DNA from: Candidatus Eiseniibacteriota bacterium
Lineage (GTDB): Bacteria; Eisenbacteria; RBG-16-71-46; JABDJR01
Direction: 5' to 3'
Assembly: GCA_963762255.1 (NCBI GenBank)
Contig: CAVXKA010000002.1
Location: 1,024,001-1,088,000 of the forward strand
Length of the DNA stretch: 64,000 nt
Shown here: piece after piece, positions 50,013 through 58,490 of the stretch
How the letters are laid out: every line of letters starts with the position of its first letter
How positions within the stretch are numbered: the first letter of the stretch is position 1
Position numbers and translations under genes: made by a program
Notes under the pieces: model-generated
Told to the model about the DNA's origin: nothing
Databases searched by the model: none
Seen by the model: the letters and a program-made list of their open reading frames with translations, nothing else

Positions 50013-51139
50013 GGAGGCCCGCCTTCACCCTCGCCTGGGTTGTGCACGTTGCTGCCGGTCGGGCTCGAGTAGTCCCGGCCATGGCAGTCGTAACAGCTCT
50101 TGGCGGAGTTGAGACGGTGCGGACCTTGGTCGGGGAGCGTATTCATCACGATCCCCTCTACGGTCTGGGTGCCTGGGATCCCGCCCGACGGGATGTGGCA
50201 ACCGAGGCAGAACTTCCGGCACTGGGCGGCGTCGGTGAGCGTGCTGGTGAGGCCGCTCCAGTTCGTCCGCTGGTCGCTGATCAGGAAGGCGTTGGGCTGC
50301 ACGCTGTTGTTCCCCTGGGAACCGTGAGGGTTGTGGCAGTCGTAGCAGGGAAGCATGTCGCCCACTTGGATATGCGCGGGCCAGGAGATGGCGACGTCGG
50401 GGTTCCGCCGGATGCGGTGCCCGCCGTGGTCCGGGTTCAGGCCGGCATCGTAGTAGTCCTCGATGAACCGGCTGCCAAGATCCATCCCTGCAGGGCCGTC
50501 GTTGCCGTGGCAGTCGAAGCACAACCTATACTGGTCCGGGGCGCCCATCGAAGCGTGGCCGCCGATACCGCCGTACTGCGCGATCAGGAGGTCACGCGGG
50601 TTCGGGGCATCGTGAGGCGTGTGACAATTCAGACAGAGCCCCTGCCCGGAGGGATCCTGTCGCGGCATGTCCGGATCCAACGCATGAGGCGAGATGTAAT
50701 GCCCCGAGGTGGTCATCGCGGGGTTTGTATAGACGCTCTCGCCGGGCCAACGGCCGCGCAGCTCCACTCCGATCCGCCGCACACCGGCGTTGTTGGCTTC
50801 GAAGTAGCCCGCGTCGGGTTCCGTCTCGGGCAGTCGGTCGGTCTCACCCAAGGGATAGTTCTGGGGCCGGGCGCGGTGGCAGGGACCGTCTCCCTGGTCC
50901 CAGAAGGCGATGCGGTTGACGTTGTCGGTGAAGAGTTCGATGGGAAAGACCGGAGCGTTCGGGGAGTCTTCGTGGGTCGCGTGGCACTGCCGGCACTGGC
51001 CGCGCGTGGAGGGAACCGTAACGAGGCGCTGGACCCCGGTGTTGGGGTCGGCGTGGGGATCGTACGTCGTTTGTGCGGAGATGGTCCAGGCGGCCAGAGT
51101 CAGGACGCCGGTGAGAACCACGCCGGAAACTGGTCTCAC
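50009..51139 (-). CDS. Hexaheme cytochrome c next to the OmcS-like gene
   Basis: CRQCH, CLNCH, CFDCH, CYDCH, CLGCH, CYDCH plus a lone PCH; probable GTG start at 51139 with signal peptide. Confidence 0.8.
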   Translation of the reverse strand: MRPVSGVVLTGVLTLAAWTISAQTTYDPHADPNTGVQRLVTVPSTRGQCRQCHATHEDSPNAPVFPIELFTDNVNRIAFWDQGDGPCHRARPQNYPLGETDRLPETEPDAGYFEANNAGVRRIGVELRGRWPGESVYTNPAMTTSGHYISPHALDPDMPRQDPSGQGLCLNCHTPHDAPNPRDLLIAQYGGIGGHASMGAPDQYRLCFDCHGNDGPAGMDLGSRFIEDYYDAGLNPDHGGHRIRRNPDVAISWPAHIQVGDMLPCYDCHNPHGSQGNNSVQPNAFLISDQRTNWSGLTSTLTDAAQCRKFCLGCHIPSGGIPGTQTVEGIVMNTLPDQGPHRLNSAKSCYDCHGRDYSSPTGSNVHNPGEGEGGPP

Positions 51140-51283
51140 GCTCGACTCCGTCGGCCACCTTCCGGAACGCGGAATCAACAACGGCAGACCCAGGCTGCGG
51201 GCACCGACAGTGGCCGGATTGTCGGTGCCCGCGCCCAAGCGTCGTATTCAGGCTATGGAGAGATTAGCTCTCCAGGTCTTGCA

Positions 51284-52366
51284 TCACCAGGTCGTCGAGC
51301 TGCCTCCCATGCCGTGGCACTGGCGGCACATGTTGCGGGCGTCAACGCCGTCGTCGCCCTGCTCAGTGACCGTACCGGTTCCCAGCATGTAGATGAGGCC
51401 GAACGCGTTCTGGTTGCCATGACCCTTGTGGCAGCTCATGCACGAGGGGGTCAGGTCGGTGTCGGCAGCCAGATAGGTGCCGGCACGCTTGCCAGCGGGG
51501 GACATGACCTGGACCTGGTTCACCTTGCCGGCGAACCGGCTGAGGCTGGAGTGGCCGCCGCCGACAGCGCCGATGTTCACGGTGCTGGACGGGTGACGAT
51601 GGAACTCCTCCCAGATGCCGCCGCCGATGTCCACGCCGCCGACCTCAGCACCGCCCATGTCGCCATGGAAGTTGGTGTGGCAGGACTTGCACAGGTTGGC
51701 GTAGGCCGACGCAGTCGCCGAGGGCTCGTTGAACGTGATGTGGTTGTAGCCGTAGTGATTGGCACTCGTGCCACTGGAGGCATCCTCGAACACCGAGAGG
51801 GCCAGGTTGTTCGCGCCGTCCGCGTCCAGGCGCGAGTAGCCGATGCTCGCCGTGCCGGACCGGTACAGGTTGCGATACCCGCCGTTGGTGACACCGGTGG
51901 GAAGGCCGCTGGCCCGCCCGTGCGGCGAGTGGCAGTCGGTGCACTCGAGACCGTCTGCATTGGTGAACGTGCCGCCCGGAGCGACGTCGGTCGAGTTCAG
52001 GGTGTGTCCGGCCGCGGCCGGGTAGAGGCCGTTGCCGCCCACCTCGTTCAGAGCGCCAGCCTGACGGACGTAGCCGTTGGTGTGGCCCTCGAACACGTCG
52101 GGCGCCCAGCTCTGCCCGTCATGGCAGCCAAGGCACATGTCGTTGATGTCGTTGCGGAGCAGGAACTCGTACGGGCCAGCGGCGCCGAGCGGGTTATAGA
52201 TCCCACTTCCGTTGGCGTTGTAGCCATGGGTCTGGCTGTAGTGCATCACGTGACAGTCGGAGCAGATCAGGGTCGAGTTCATGTGGAAGTCGCCCGCGAA
52301 GCTCACAGACGCCAGCGCGGCCACAGCGACGAGGACCCCCACGTGGAGCATGAGTTGTTTCCTCAT
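51284..52366 (-). CDS. OmcS-like hexaheme cytochrome (candidate nanowire subunit)
   Basis: Signal SFA|GD, then FH-x6-CSDCH-VMH; CLGCH; CTDCHSPHG..YRNL; CKSCH..FH; HRHP; SCMSCHKGH; terminal CRQCH. Six motifs in the OmcS order and context. Confidence 0.8.
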   Translation of the reverse strand: MRKQLMLHVGVLVAVAALASVSFAGDFHMNSTLICSDCHVMHYSQTHGYNANGSGIYNPLGAAGPYEFLLRNDINDMCLGCHDGQSWAPDVFEGHTNGYVRQAGALNEVGGNGLYPAAAGHTLNSTDVAPGGTFTNADGLECTDCHSPHGRASGLPTGVTNGGYRNLYRSGTASIGYSRLDADGANNLALSVFEDASSGTSANHYGYNHITFNEPSATASAYANLCKSCHTNFHGDMGGAEVGGVDIGGGIWEEFHRHPSSTVNIGAVGGGHSSLSRFAGKVNQVQVMSPAGKRAGTYLAADTDLTPSCMSCHKGHGNQNAFGLIYMLGTGTVTEQGDDGVDARNMCRQCHGMGGSSTTW

Positions 52367-53412
52367 CACCACCTATACCTCCCTTGCAGTGTTGCGAGAC
52401 TCGCCCCGGCTGCACCGGGGCCTCCTTGCTCGAGGGTCGCACCCGCAGGATGTTCGGATGCCGGTACTTGGACCTCGAGCACCTGGAAGCGAGCTCCCAC
52501 CCGCTCCAAGACCACGAGACGGTCGGGCGCAAGAAACGCGCAGCCGCTCGGATAATCGAACTGGCCGGGACCGTGGCCGAAGCCGCCGATCCGACCCAAA
52601 TACGTGCCCTGCACATCGAAGACGCTGATCGAGTGGCGAACGGTGTCGGTGACCCAGAGCGTCCCACCGGGTCCCCACGTCACGTCGCTCACCATGGAGA
52701 AGGTGCCGTCGCCTTCGCCGTGTCGTCCGAATGCGGTGATAAGGGTGCCTTCAACGGAAAAGAGAAGGACGGGCTTCTCGGCCATCGGGTCGGCCACCGC
52801 GATCATCGTCTCGGTCGGATCCACGTCCAGGGCGGTGGGGCCGGTGAACGGGCCCGTCTCGCTGGAATCGAAGCCGACATGGGTGACCGGTCTGCCATCC
52901 GAATCGCCTACCACAAAGCCGGGCCGCTCACCGCCGCAGAGAAGGTAGATCCGACCGCTCGGGCCGATCACGATGTCCTGAGGACGGGCATCGTCGCCGA
53001 CTCCTTCCGGGAGAAGCGACGGGAGATACGCGAGGTGCGTGCCGCGGGGGGTGAGTACTTCGACTTCGCGGCTCATGTTGTCGACCAGGAAGAGCCGCAT
53101 GCGCCGGTCGACGGCGAGAGACCGGGGCTCGCTGGCGTCCTTGCCGTTCGGCAGATCGAAGGCCACGACGCCCCGGGAGCGATAGGCCGCATCGAACGTG
53201 GCGATCCGGTGATTTCCGGTATCGGCGATGACGATCATGCCCCGGGACGGGTCCGTGACGAGGCCCTGGGGACGCTTGAAGGCGTCGAGAGGCGCCGGGC
53301 CCTGGACGATGGCCAGGACCGACTTGATGGCGGGTTCGCTGGCCTCGGCGGAGGGGGCCAAGGCCACCACCGCTGTACCCAGCGTAACTAGCACCGCGCG
53401 GCGCAGATGCAT
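52366..53412 (-). CDS. Secreted NHL-repeat beta-propeller
   Basis: FKRPQGL..D...IADTGNHRI, FGRHGEGDGTF and GHGPGQFDYPSG repeats; TGATG overlap with the OmcS-like gene. Confidence 0.9.
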   Translation of the reverse strand: MHLRRAVLVTLGTAVVALAPSAEASEPAIKSVLAIVQGPAPLDAFKRPQGLVTDPSRGMIVIADTGNHRIATFDAAYRSRGVVAFDLPNGKDASEPRSLAVDRRMRLFLVDNMSREVEVLTPRGTHLAYLPSLLPEGVGDDARPQDIVIGPSGRIYLLCGGERPGFVVGDSDGRPVTHVGFDSSETGPFTGPTALDVDPTETMIAVADPMAEKPVLLFSVEGTLITAFGRHGEGDGTFSMVSDVTWGPGGTLWVTDTVRHSISVFDVQGTYLGRIGGFGHGPGQFDYPSGCAFLAPDRLVVLERVGARFQVLEVQVPASEHPAGATLEQGGPGAAGASLATLQGRYRW

Positions 53413-53506
53413 GAATCCTCTCCAAGCAGCCCATGGCGCCAGAGGCCTGCCCCTGCGGAGGGCGCGGGCCGGAATACGACGTCCAAGAGATTATCTTGAA
53501 AAGAGA

Positions 53507-53524
53507 ATGTGATCTATTTCACAA
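53507..53524. promoter_or_regulatory. Rex/CRP-type palindromic operator upstream of the NHL-OmcS operon
   Basis: ATGTGATCTATTTCACAA (minus strand TTGTGAAATAGATCACAT) equals TGTGA-N6-TCACA, in an AT-rich patch ~95 bp before the ATG; -10-like GATAAT at 53490-53495 on the minus strand. Confidence 0.65.
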
Positions 53525-53627
53525 AAGCGATAACGCATTTTGCGCGAACGGATTGTGCAGTATATTGGGCACCGTAAAGCATTGACCGCCAACAGAATAG
53601 ATGATTTGTGTCGTGTTTAGGGGCTCA

Positions 53628-53671
53628 CAAAAGAACCGGCCCGCCGAGGCTTTCGCTCCAGCGGGCCGGTT
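53628..53671 (-). terminator. Rho-independent terminator after the c554-like gene
   Basis: AACCGGCCCGC...GCGGGCCGGTT stem followed by CTTTTG on the minus strand. Confidence 0.65.
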
Positions 53672-53712
53672 GAGAGGCATACAGGGCCGAGCCCCGAATC
53701 AGGTCGGTCGGA

Positions 53713-54285
53713 CTAGCCGCCCGCCTTCGGGATCGGGTGCGCGATCTTCTTGACGTACTCGGCGAACTTGAACTCCTTGTGGAAGGGGTTCCCCTCCGCC
53801 TTGTGGCAGGTCATGCAGAGCTTCTCATCCGGCGCGAGCAGGCCGACCGTCTCCGGCTTCACCGTGCCCGCGTAGAGCTCCTTCATAACCTTCATGTCCT
53901 TGTATGCGCTCCCCGGGCCATGGCAGCTCTCGCAGGACACGCCCTCTTCGAGCGTGATCTTCTGGGTGGCCAGGTCCTTCATGACCGAGAACGCGGTCAC
54001 GTGGCAGCTCAGGCACTTTTCGGACTTCTGCGGGTCGTCGATCCCCAGTTCCTTGGCCTTCGCCTTCGACTCGGGGCTCGCGAGCGACGCGTACGCCTTG
54101 GCGTGAGCGCTCTTCTCCCACAGCGCGAACTGGTTACCTGTGGCGTCCTTGCTGTGGCACATCTTGCAGTTCTTGATGCCCATGTAGGTGTTCGCCTTGG
54201 CGGGCTCAGCGGCGAAAGCCGCCATGCAGGACAAGGTCAGGAACACCCCCACGAGCGCGACGATCAGAGTCTTCTTCACTGTCAT
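53713..54285 (-). CDS. Periplasmic tetraheme cytochrome, c554-like
   Basis: Signal peptide ending AFA; YMG...CKMCH...W.KSAHAKAY; CLSCH; GVSCESCHGPGS; CMTCH. Confidence 0.85.
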   Translation of the reverse strand: MTVKKTLIVALVGVFLTLSCMAAFAAEPAKANTYMGIKNCKMCHSKDATGNQFALWEKSAHAKAYASLASPESKAKAKELGIDDPQKSEKCLSCHVTAFSVMKDLATQKITLEEGVSCESCHGPGSAYKDMKVMKELYAGTVKPETVGLLAPDEKLCMTCHKAEGNPFHKEFKFAEYVKKIAHPIPKAGG

Positions 54286-54368
54286 TGAACCTCCCCTACC
54301 CGATTCCGGGTTCGCTGTCCGACCAGGCACCTTACTGCCGGAAACCGCCCGCCGACAAGCATCTTCTC

Positions 54369-55883
54369 CTACTGCATGGGAGGGAAGACGCTGTCGTCGC
54401 CGGTATGACAGTCCGTGCACGGCATCTCCGTTTCGGCCCCGCCGATATCCGCCGGGTGCCGGAAAGGCAAGCCGGCGGCTACCAGAGTGTCCCCGATCTC
54501 GTGCACGATGCCCTGCGAGGCGATCGTGTGGCAGAGGTTGCAGTCATCGCTGATCCCCTCGCCATCCGCGGTCCGCAGGTCGGAACCGTGACACCGGAAA
54601 CACCCCGGATAGATGAAATGTCCTCGATTCTCGGGATAGCGGTCCCAGCGGACCCGCATCTCCGGAAACATGTTCTTCCCGTAGATATCCTGAACGGCGG
54701 CGATTGCTTCCGGGGGAAGTGAGACTCCCTGTCCCTCGTAGAAGGCTCCCATCGCCAGCGCGATGGAATCTCGTGCCCCTGCCGTCGTGGCGTAGTTCCG
54801 GGAGAGGGCCTCCACCGCCACGCGCTTGATCCACGGGATGCCAGGATCGAGCCTCCCGGAGGCCATCGCCTCGTTCACCGTCTCCATCGGGGAGCGATAC
54901 CGATGTGAGGGCCGGTTGTGGCAGTCCATGCAGTCGAACGGCCGGACGAGCTTCTCAGCCCGCTTGCGCACCAACACCGAGTCCGGGAGCGGCTCTCCGC
55001 CGCGCGTGTAGACGACTTTCCGGCCGTCCTTGGACCAGGTGACTTGGTCGAAGCCCTGGCGCGACCCATCGGTCGCGACATAGGTCATGTGGTTGGCCTT
55101 GTCGATGTGCCAGTGGATGCCGGTGGGCCTTCCTTCGGGAGAGGCCGAGGTGCCTCCCACCCGGACCAGCAGGTTGATCCGCCATTGCGTGTTCTCGCGG
55201 TCACTCAGGAAATGGTCGCGGATGACCTGAGTGGCGGGGAAGAACTTCTGGGGCCAGTGGCACTCCTCGCACACTTCCTGCGCGGGTCGCAGGTTTTCGA
55301 TGGGGGTGGGGATCGGCCGGGGATAAGTACCCAGGACGGTCTTTACGACCTGTCGGGCGCCGGAGAGCTTGCTCTTCACGTACCAGCCCGCGCCGGGCCC
55401 GATGTGGCAGGCAGCGCATTCCACCTGGGCGTGGGAGGAGTTCATGTAAGCGGTGTACTCAGGGTTCATCACCTGATGGCAGACCTTGCCGCAGAAGGAC
55501 ACCGATTCGGTGTACTGGTAGCCCTGGTAGAGACCGATCGTGGTGATGAGGAGGAAGGTGCATGCTCCAACCAGCGCGGTGACCATGAGGTTGCGGTGGT
55601 GGGCGTTGCCGAGATCGATGATGAGCGGCCGTGTCTTCCCCGATTCGCGGCGCTTCTTCTCGCGCCACATCCCGAATGGGACCAGGAGGAGCCCGAGCAC
55701 CATGATTCCGGGAAAGACGATGAACGTGAAGATCCCCAGATAGGGGTTGGAACCCTTGGCGAAGACGCTGAGCAGGAAGAGGATGATGATGGCGGCCAGG
55801 CCGAAGAGGGCCAGCCCCAACCCGAGCAGGGTGAAGAAGTTGTAGACCAACCCGGGGTAGCGCCCCTTCAGGTTCGTTTCCAT
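54369..55883 (-). CDS. NapC/NirT-family membrane-anchored heptaheme quinol oxidase (ImcH-like)
   Basis: Three N-terminal TM helices; YTES..FCGKVCH..M.PEY; CAACHIGPGA.WY..SKLSG; CEECH, CMDCHNRPSH, CFRCH, CNLCH, CTDCH. Confidence 0.85.
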   Translation of the reverse strand: METNLKGRYPGLVYNFFTLLGLGLALFGLAAIIILFLLSVFAKGSNPYLGIFTFIVFPGIMVLGLLLVPFGMWREKKRRESGKTRPLIIDLGNAHHRNLMVTALVGACTFLLITTIGLYQGYQYTESVSFCGKVCHQVMNPEYTAYMNSSHAQVECAACHIGPGAGWYVKSKLSGARQVVKTVLGTYPRPIPTPIENLRPAQEVCEECHWPQKFFPATQVIRDHFLSDRENTQWRINLLVRVGGTSASPEGRPTGIHWHIDKANHMTYVATDGSRQGFDQVTWSKDGRKVVYTRGGEPLPDSVLVRKRAEKLVRPFDCMDCHNRPSHRYRSPMETVNEAMASGRLDPGIPWIKRVAVEALSRNYATTAGARDSIALAMGAFYEGQGVSLPPEAIAAVQDIYGKNMFPEMRVRWDRYPENRGHFIYPGCFRCHGSDLRTADGEGISDDCNLCHTIASQGIVHEIGDTLVAAGLPFRHPADIGGAETEMPCTDCHTGDDSVFPPMQ

Positions 55884-56153
55884 GGATCCGAACGCCCTCC
55901 TTCTTGGTCTGAGACAGTCGCCGTGCAGTGTGGCATCGCGACTTGCCGAATCAAAAGGAAAATATCCGGGTTCACAGGATTCATGGCTACAACCGGGAGC
56001 CCGGGGGCCTCGGCGTGGCCCTCATCTTCGTCGCCCTGACCCTGGTAGGATTGGCGATCAAGATCCGCGACACGACGCGGTCATCCCGGACCTGAGTCGC
56101 GGCGGACGATCCGGCTCGCGAGGCGCGGGCCGGCAGTCACGGGGAGAACGACG

Positions 56154-57158
56154 ATGGAGTACGTGAAGCTCGGCCGCACCGGGCTCGATGTCTCGCGCAT
56201 CTGTCTGGGGTGCATGTCCTACGGCGATCCCGCGTGGCGCCCGTGGGTGCTGTCGGAAGACGCGGCGGGCGAGCACTTCCGCGCCGCGGTCGAGGCGGGC
56301 ATCAACTTCTTCGATACCGCCGACATGTACTCGCGCGGGCGTAGCGAAGAGGTCACCGGCCGCTGGTTGCGCGAGCTGACCCGCCGCGACGAAGTCGTCG
56401 TGGCGAGCAAGCTCTACTTTCCGCTGCGTGACGGGCCGAACTCGCAGGGGCTCTCCCGCAAACGCGTCTTTGACGCCTGCGACGCCTCGTTGCGCCGGCT
56501 CGGCCTCGACACCATCGACCTCTATCAGATCCACCGCTGGGATCCCGAGACGCCGATCGAGGAAACCCTCGAGGCGCTGGACGCGCTGGTTCGCGCGGGC
56601 AAGGTGCGCTACCTGGGCGCAAGCAGCATGGCGGCCTGGCAGTTCGCGAAAGCGATCTACACCGCGGACCGCTTGGGTCTTCACCGCTTTGTCGCGATGC
56701 AGAACCACTACAACCTCATCTACCGTGAAGAAGAGCGGGAAATGATTCCCCTGTGCGACTCGGAGGGGATCGGCGTGATCCCGTGGAGTCCGCTCGCGCG
56801 AGGGCTCCTGGCCGGCAACCGCAAGCGTCTTGCGCAGGAGCCCACCGAGCGCGCGAGGAGCGACGACTACACGCGCCAGCTCTACACCGATGCCGACTTC
56901 GACGTCGTTGAAGCGGTGGTTGAGGTAGCGCGCGGGCGCGGCATCAAGCCGGCGCAGGCCGCGCTGGCCTGGATCCTCCAGGCACCGGGAGTCACCGCGC
57001 CCATCGTGGGCGCGACCCGGCTGGAACACCTCCAGGACGCGGCGGCCGCGGTCTCGATTCGGCTCGACCCGGAGGAGGTGGAACGGCTCGAAGCGCCCTA
57101 CCGGCCACACCCGGTGCTGGGACACCGCGCGCCCGTGGCCGGCGGTCGGGCCGTCTAG
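56154..57158 (+). CDS. Aldo/keto reductase
   Basis: ICLGCMSYG, FFDTADMYS.G.SEE, IDLYQIHRWD and PWSPLARG motifs. Confidence 0.95.
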   Translation: MEYVKLGRTGLDVSRICLGCMSYGDPAWRPWVLSEDAAGEHFRAAVEAGINFFDTADMYSRGRSEEVTGRWLRELTRRDEVVVASKLYFPLRDGPNSQGLSRKRVFDACDASLRRLGLDTIDLYQIHRWDPETPIEETLEALDALVRAGKVRYLGASSMAAWQFAKAIYTADRLGLHRFVAMQNHYNLIYREEEREMIPLCDSEGIGVIPWSPLARGLLAGNRKRLAQEPTERARSDDYTRQLYTDADFDVVEAVVEVARGRGIKPAQAALAWILQAPGVTAPIVGATRLEHLQDAAAAVSIRLDPEEVERLEAPYRPHPVLGHRAPVAGGRAV

Positions 57159-57191
57159 GCGCCGCGCAGCGCGTCGCCCGTCGACCGCAGT

Positions 57192-57222
57192 CCGAAGGGC
57201 CGCGAAGCGGGGGCCCCTTCGG
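57192..57222. terminator. Possible hairpin between convergent genes
   Basis: CCGAAGGG...CCCTTCGG; no clear U-tract. Confidence 0.35.
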
Positions 57223-57259
57223 CGAGGACGACGGGCGCGTGCGGAGCGGCGCCTGGACG

Positions 57260-58216
57260 CTACGACATCCCGGACAGGTAGTGCTCAGCGTCGAGCGCGG
57301 CGGCACAACCGGCGCCGGCAGCGGTGATCGCCTGCCGGTAGCGGAAGTCGTGTACGTCGCCGGCGGCGAAGACCCCGGGCACGCTCGTCTCCTGACCGTG
57401 CTTGAGCACGATGTAGCCGGTCTCGTTGGTCTCGAGCTGGCCCTCCAGAAACGCGGTGTTGGGGACGTGGCCGATGGCGTAGAAGAGGCCGCCCACTTCG
57501 ACCTTGCGACGGGAGCCGTCCTTGGTGGAGAGGACGGTGATCGCCTCGAGCTGATCGGAGCCGTGGAGCTCGTCCACCGTCGTGCTCCAGAGCATTTCGA
57601 TCTTCGGGTTCTCGAGCACGCGCTCCTGCATGATCTTGCTGGCGCGAAGCTCGTCGCGGCGATGCAGCACGTAGACCTTGCTCCCGTACTTGGCGAGGAA
57701 GCTCGCCTCCTCCATCGCGGTGTCGCCGCCACCGACCACAGCCAGCGGCTTGCCGCGGAACATCGGGAGCGCGCCGTCGCAGACCGCGCACGCGCTCACG
57801 CCGTTCTGCCAGAACTTCTCGCTCCCTTTCGGATCGAGCTTCTTGGCCCGGGCCCCGGTGGCGACGATGACGCAGAGCGCGGCGATCTCCTGCCCCTCGG
57901 AGGTCCAGAGCCGGAAGGGGCTCTGCTTCAAGTCGACTCGGCTCACGTCCTCCTGCACTGTGCGCGCCCCGAATCGCTGGGCCTGGGCACGCAGGAGATC
58001 CATCAACTCGCCGCCGCTCACCCCCTCGGGGAAGCCGGGGAAGTTCTCCACCTCGGTCGTGGTCATGAGCTGGCCGCCGGGGATCTCGCCGCGATCGTTC
58101 GCGAGCGATCCCTCCACGATGAGCGGTTGAACCTCGGCGCGCGCCGCGTAGATGGCGGCGGTGAAGGCGGCGGGACCCGAACCGACGATGACGACCTTTT
58201 CCGGCGTAGCTGACAC
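57260..58216 (-). CDS. trxB: Thioredoxin reductase
   Basis: [47 protein letters not shown] and YRQAITAAG motifs. Confidence 0.96.
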   Translation of the reverse strand: MSATPEKVVIVGSGPAAFTAAIYAARAEVQPLIVEGSLANDRGEIPGGQLMTTTEVENFPGFPEGVSGGELMDLLRAQAQRFGARTVQEDVSRVDLKQSPFRLWTSEGQEIAALCVIVATGARAKKLDPKGSEKFWQNGVSACAVCDGALPMFRGKPLAVVGGGDTAMEEASFLAKYGSKVYVLHRRDELRASKIMQERVLENPKIEMLWSTTVDELHGSDQLEAITVLSTKDGSRRKVEVGGLFYAIGHVPNTAFLEGQLETNETGYIVLKHGQETSVPGVFAAGDVHDFRYRQAITAAGAGCAAALDAEHYLSGMS

Positions 58217-58490
58217 GATTCCAACCTCCCTGCGAGAGCGATGAGCGAACGAGGCCCTAATCCTACACGGGCCGCCGCAGGGCCGTCATCCCGGGCCTCG
58301 GCGCGGTCAAACGGCCTCGGCGAGCCCACGCGGCGGGATACTGCCTCCTGGAGGTCCGGCGCATATCACAATTCGCGATTCCGGCACTCGACGGTCACGG
58401 TGCGGTCTGTTTAGAATGGCTCGGATTTTCGTATGGGATCCCCTGCTGCGGGATCATCCTTGCCAGGCCATTCTTGAAGTGAGGACGACG

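Noticed and set aside
50042-52555. Long plus-strand ORF (837 aa) and other long antisense ORFs (2668-4632, 8491-10266, 24961-26853)
   Set aside because: Shadow ORFs of GC-rich genes on the opposite strand, with no recognisable motifs.
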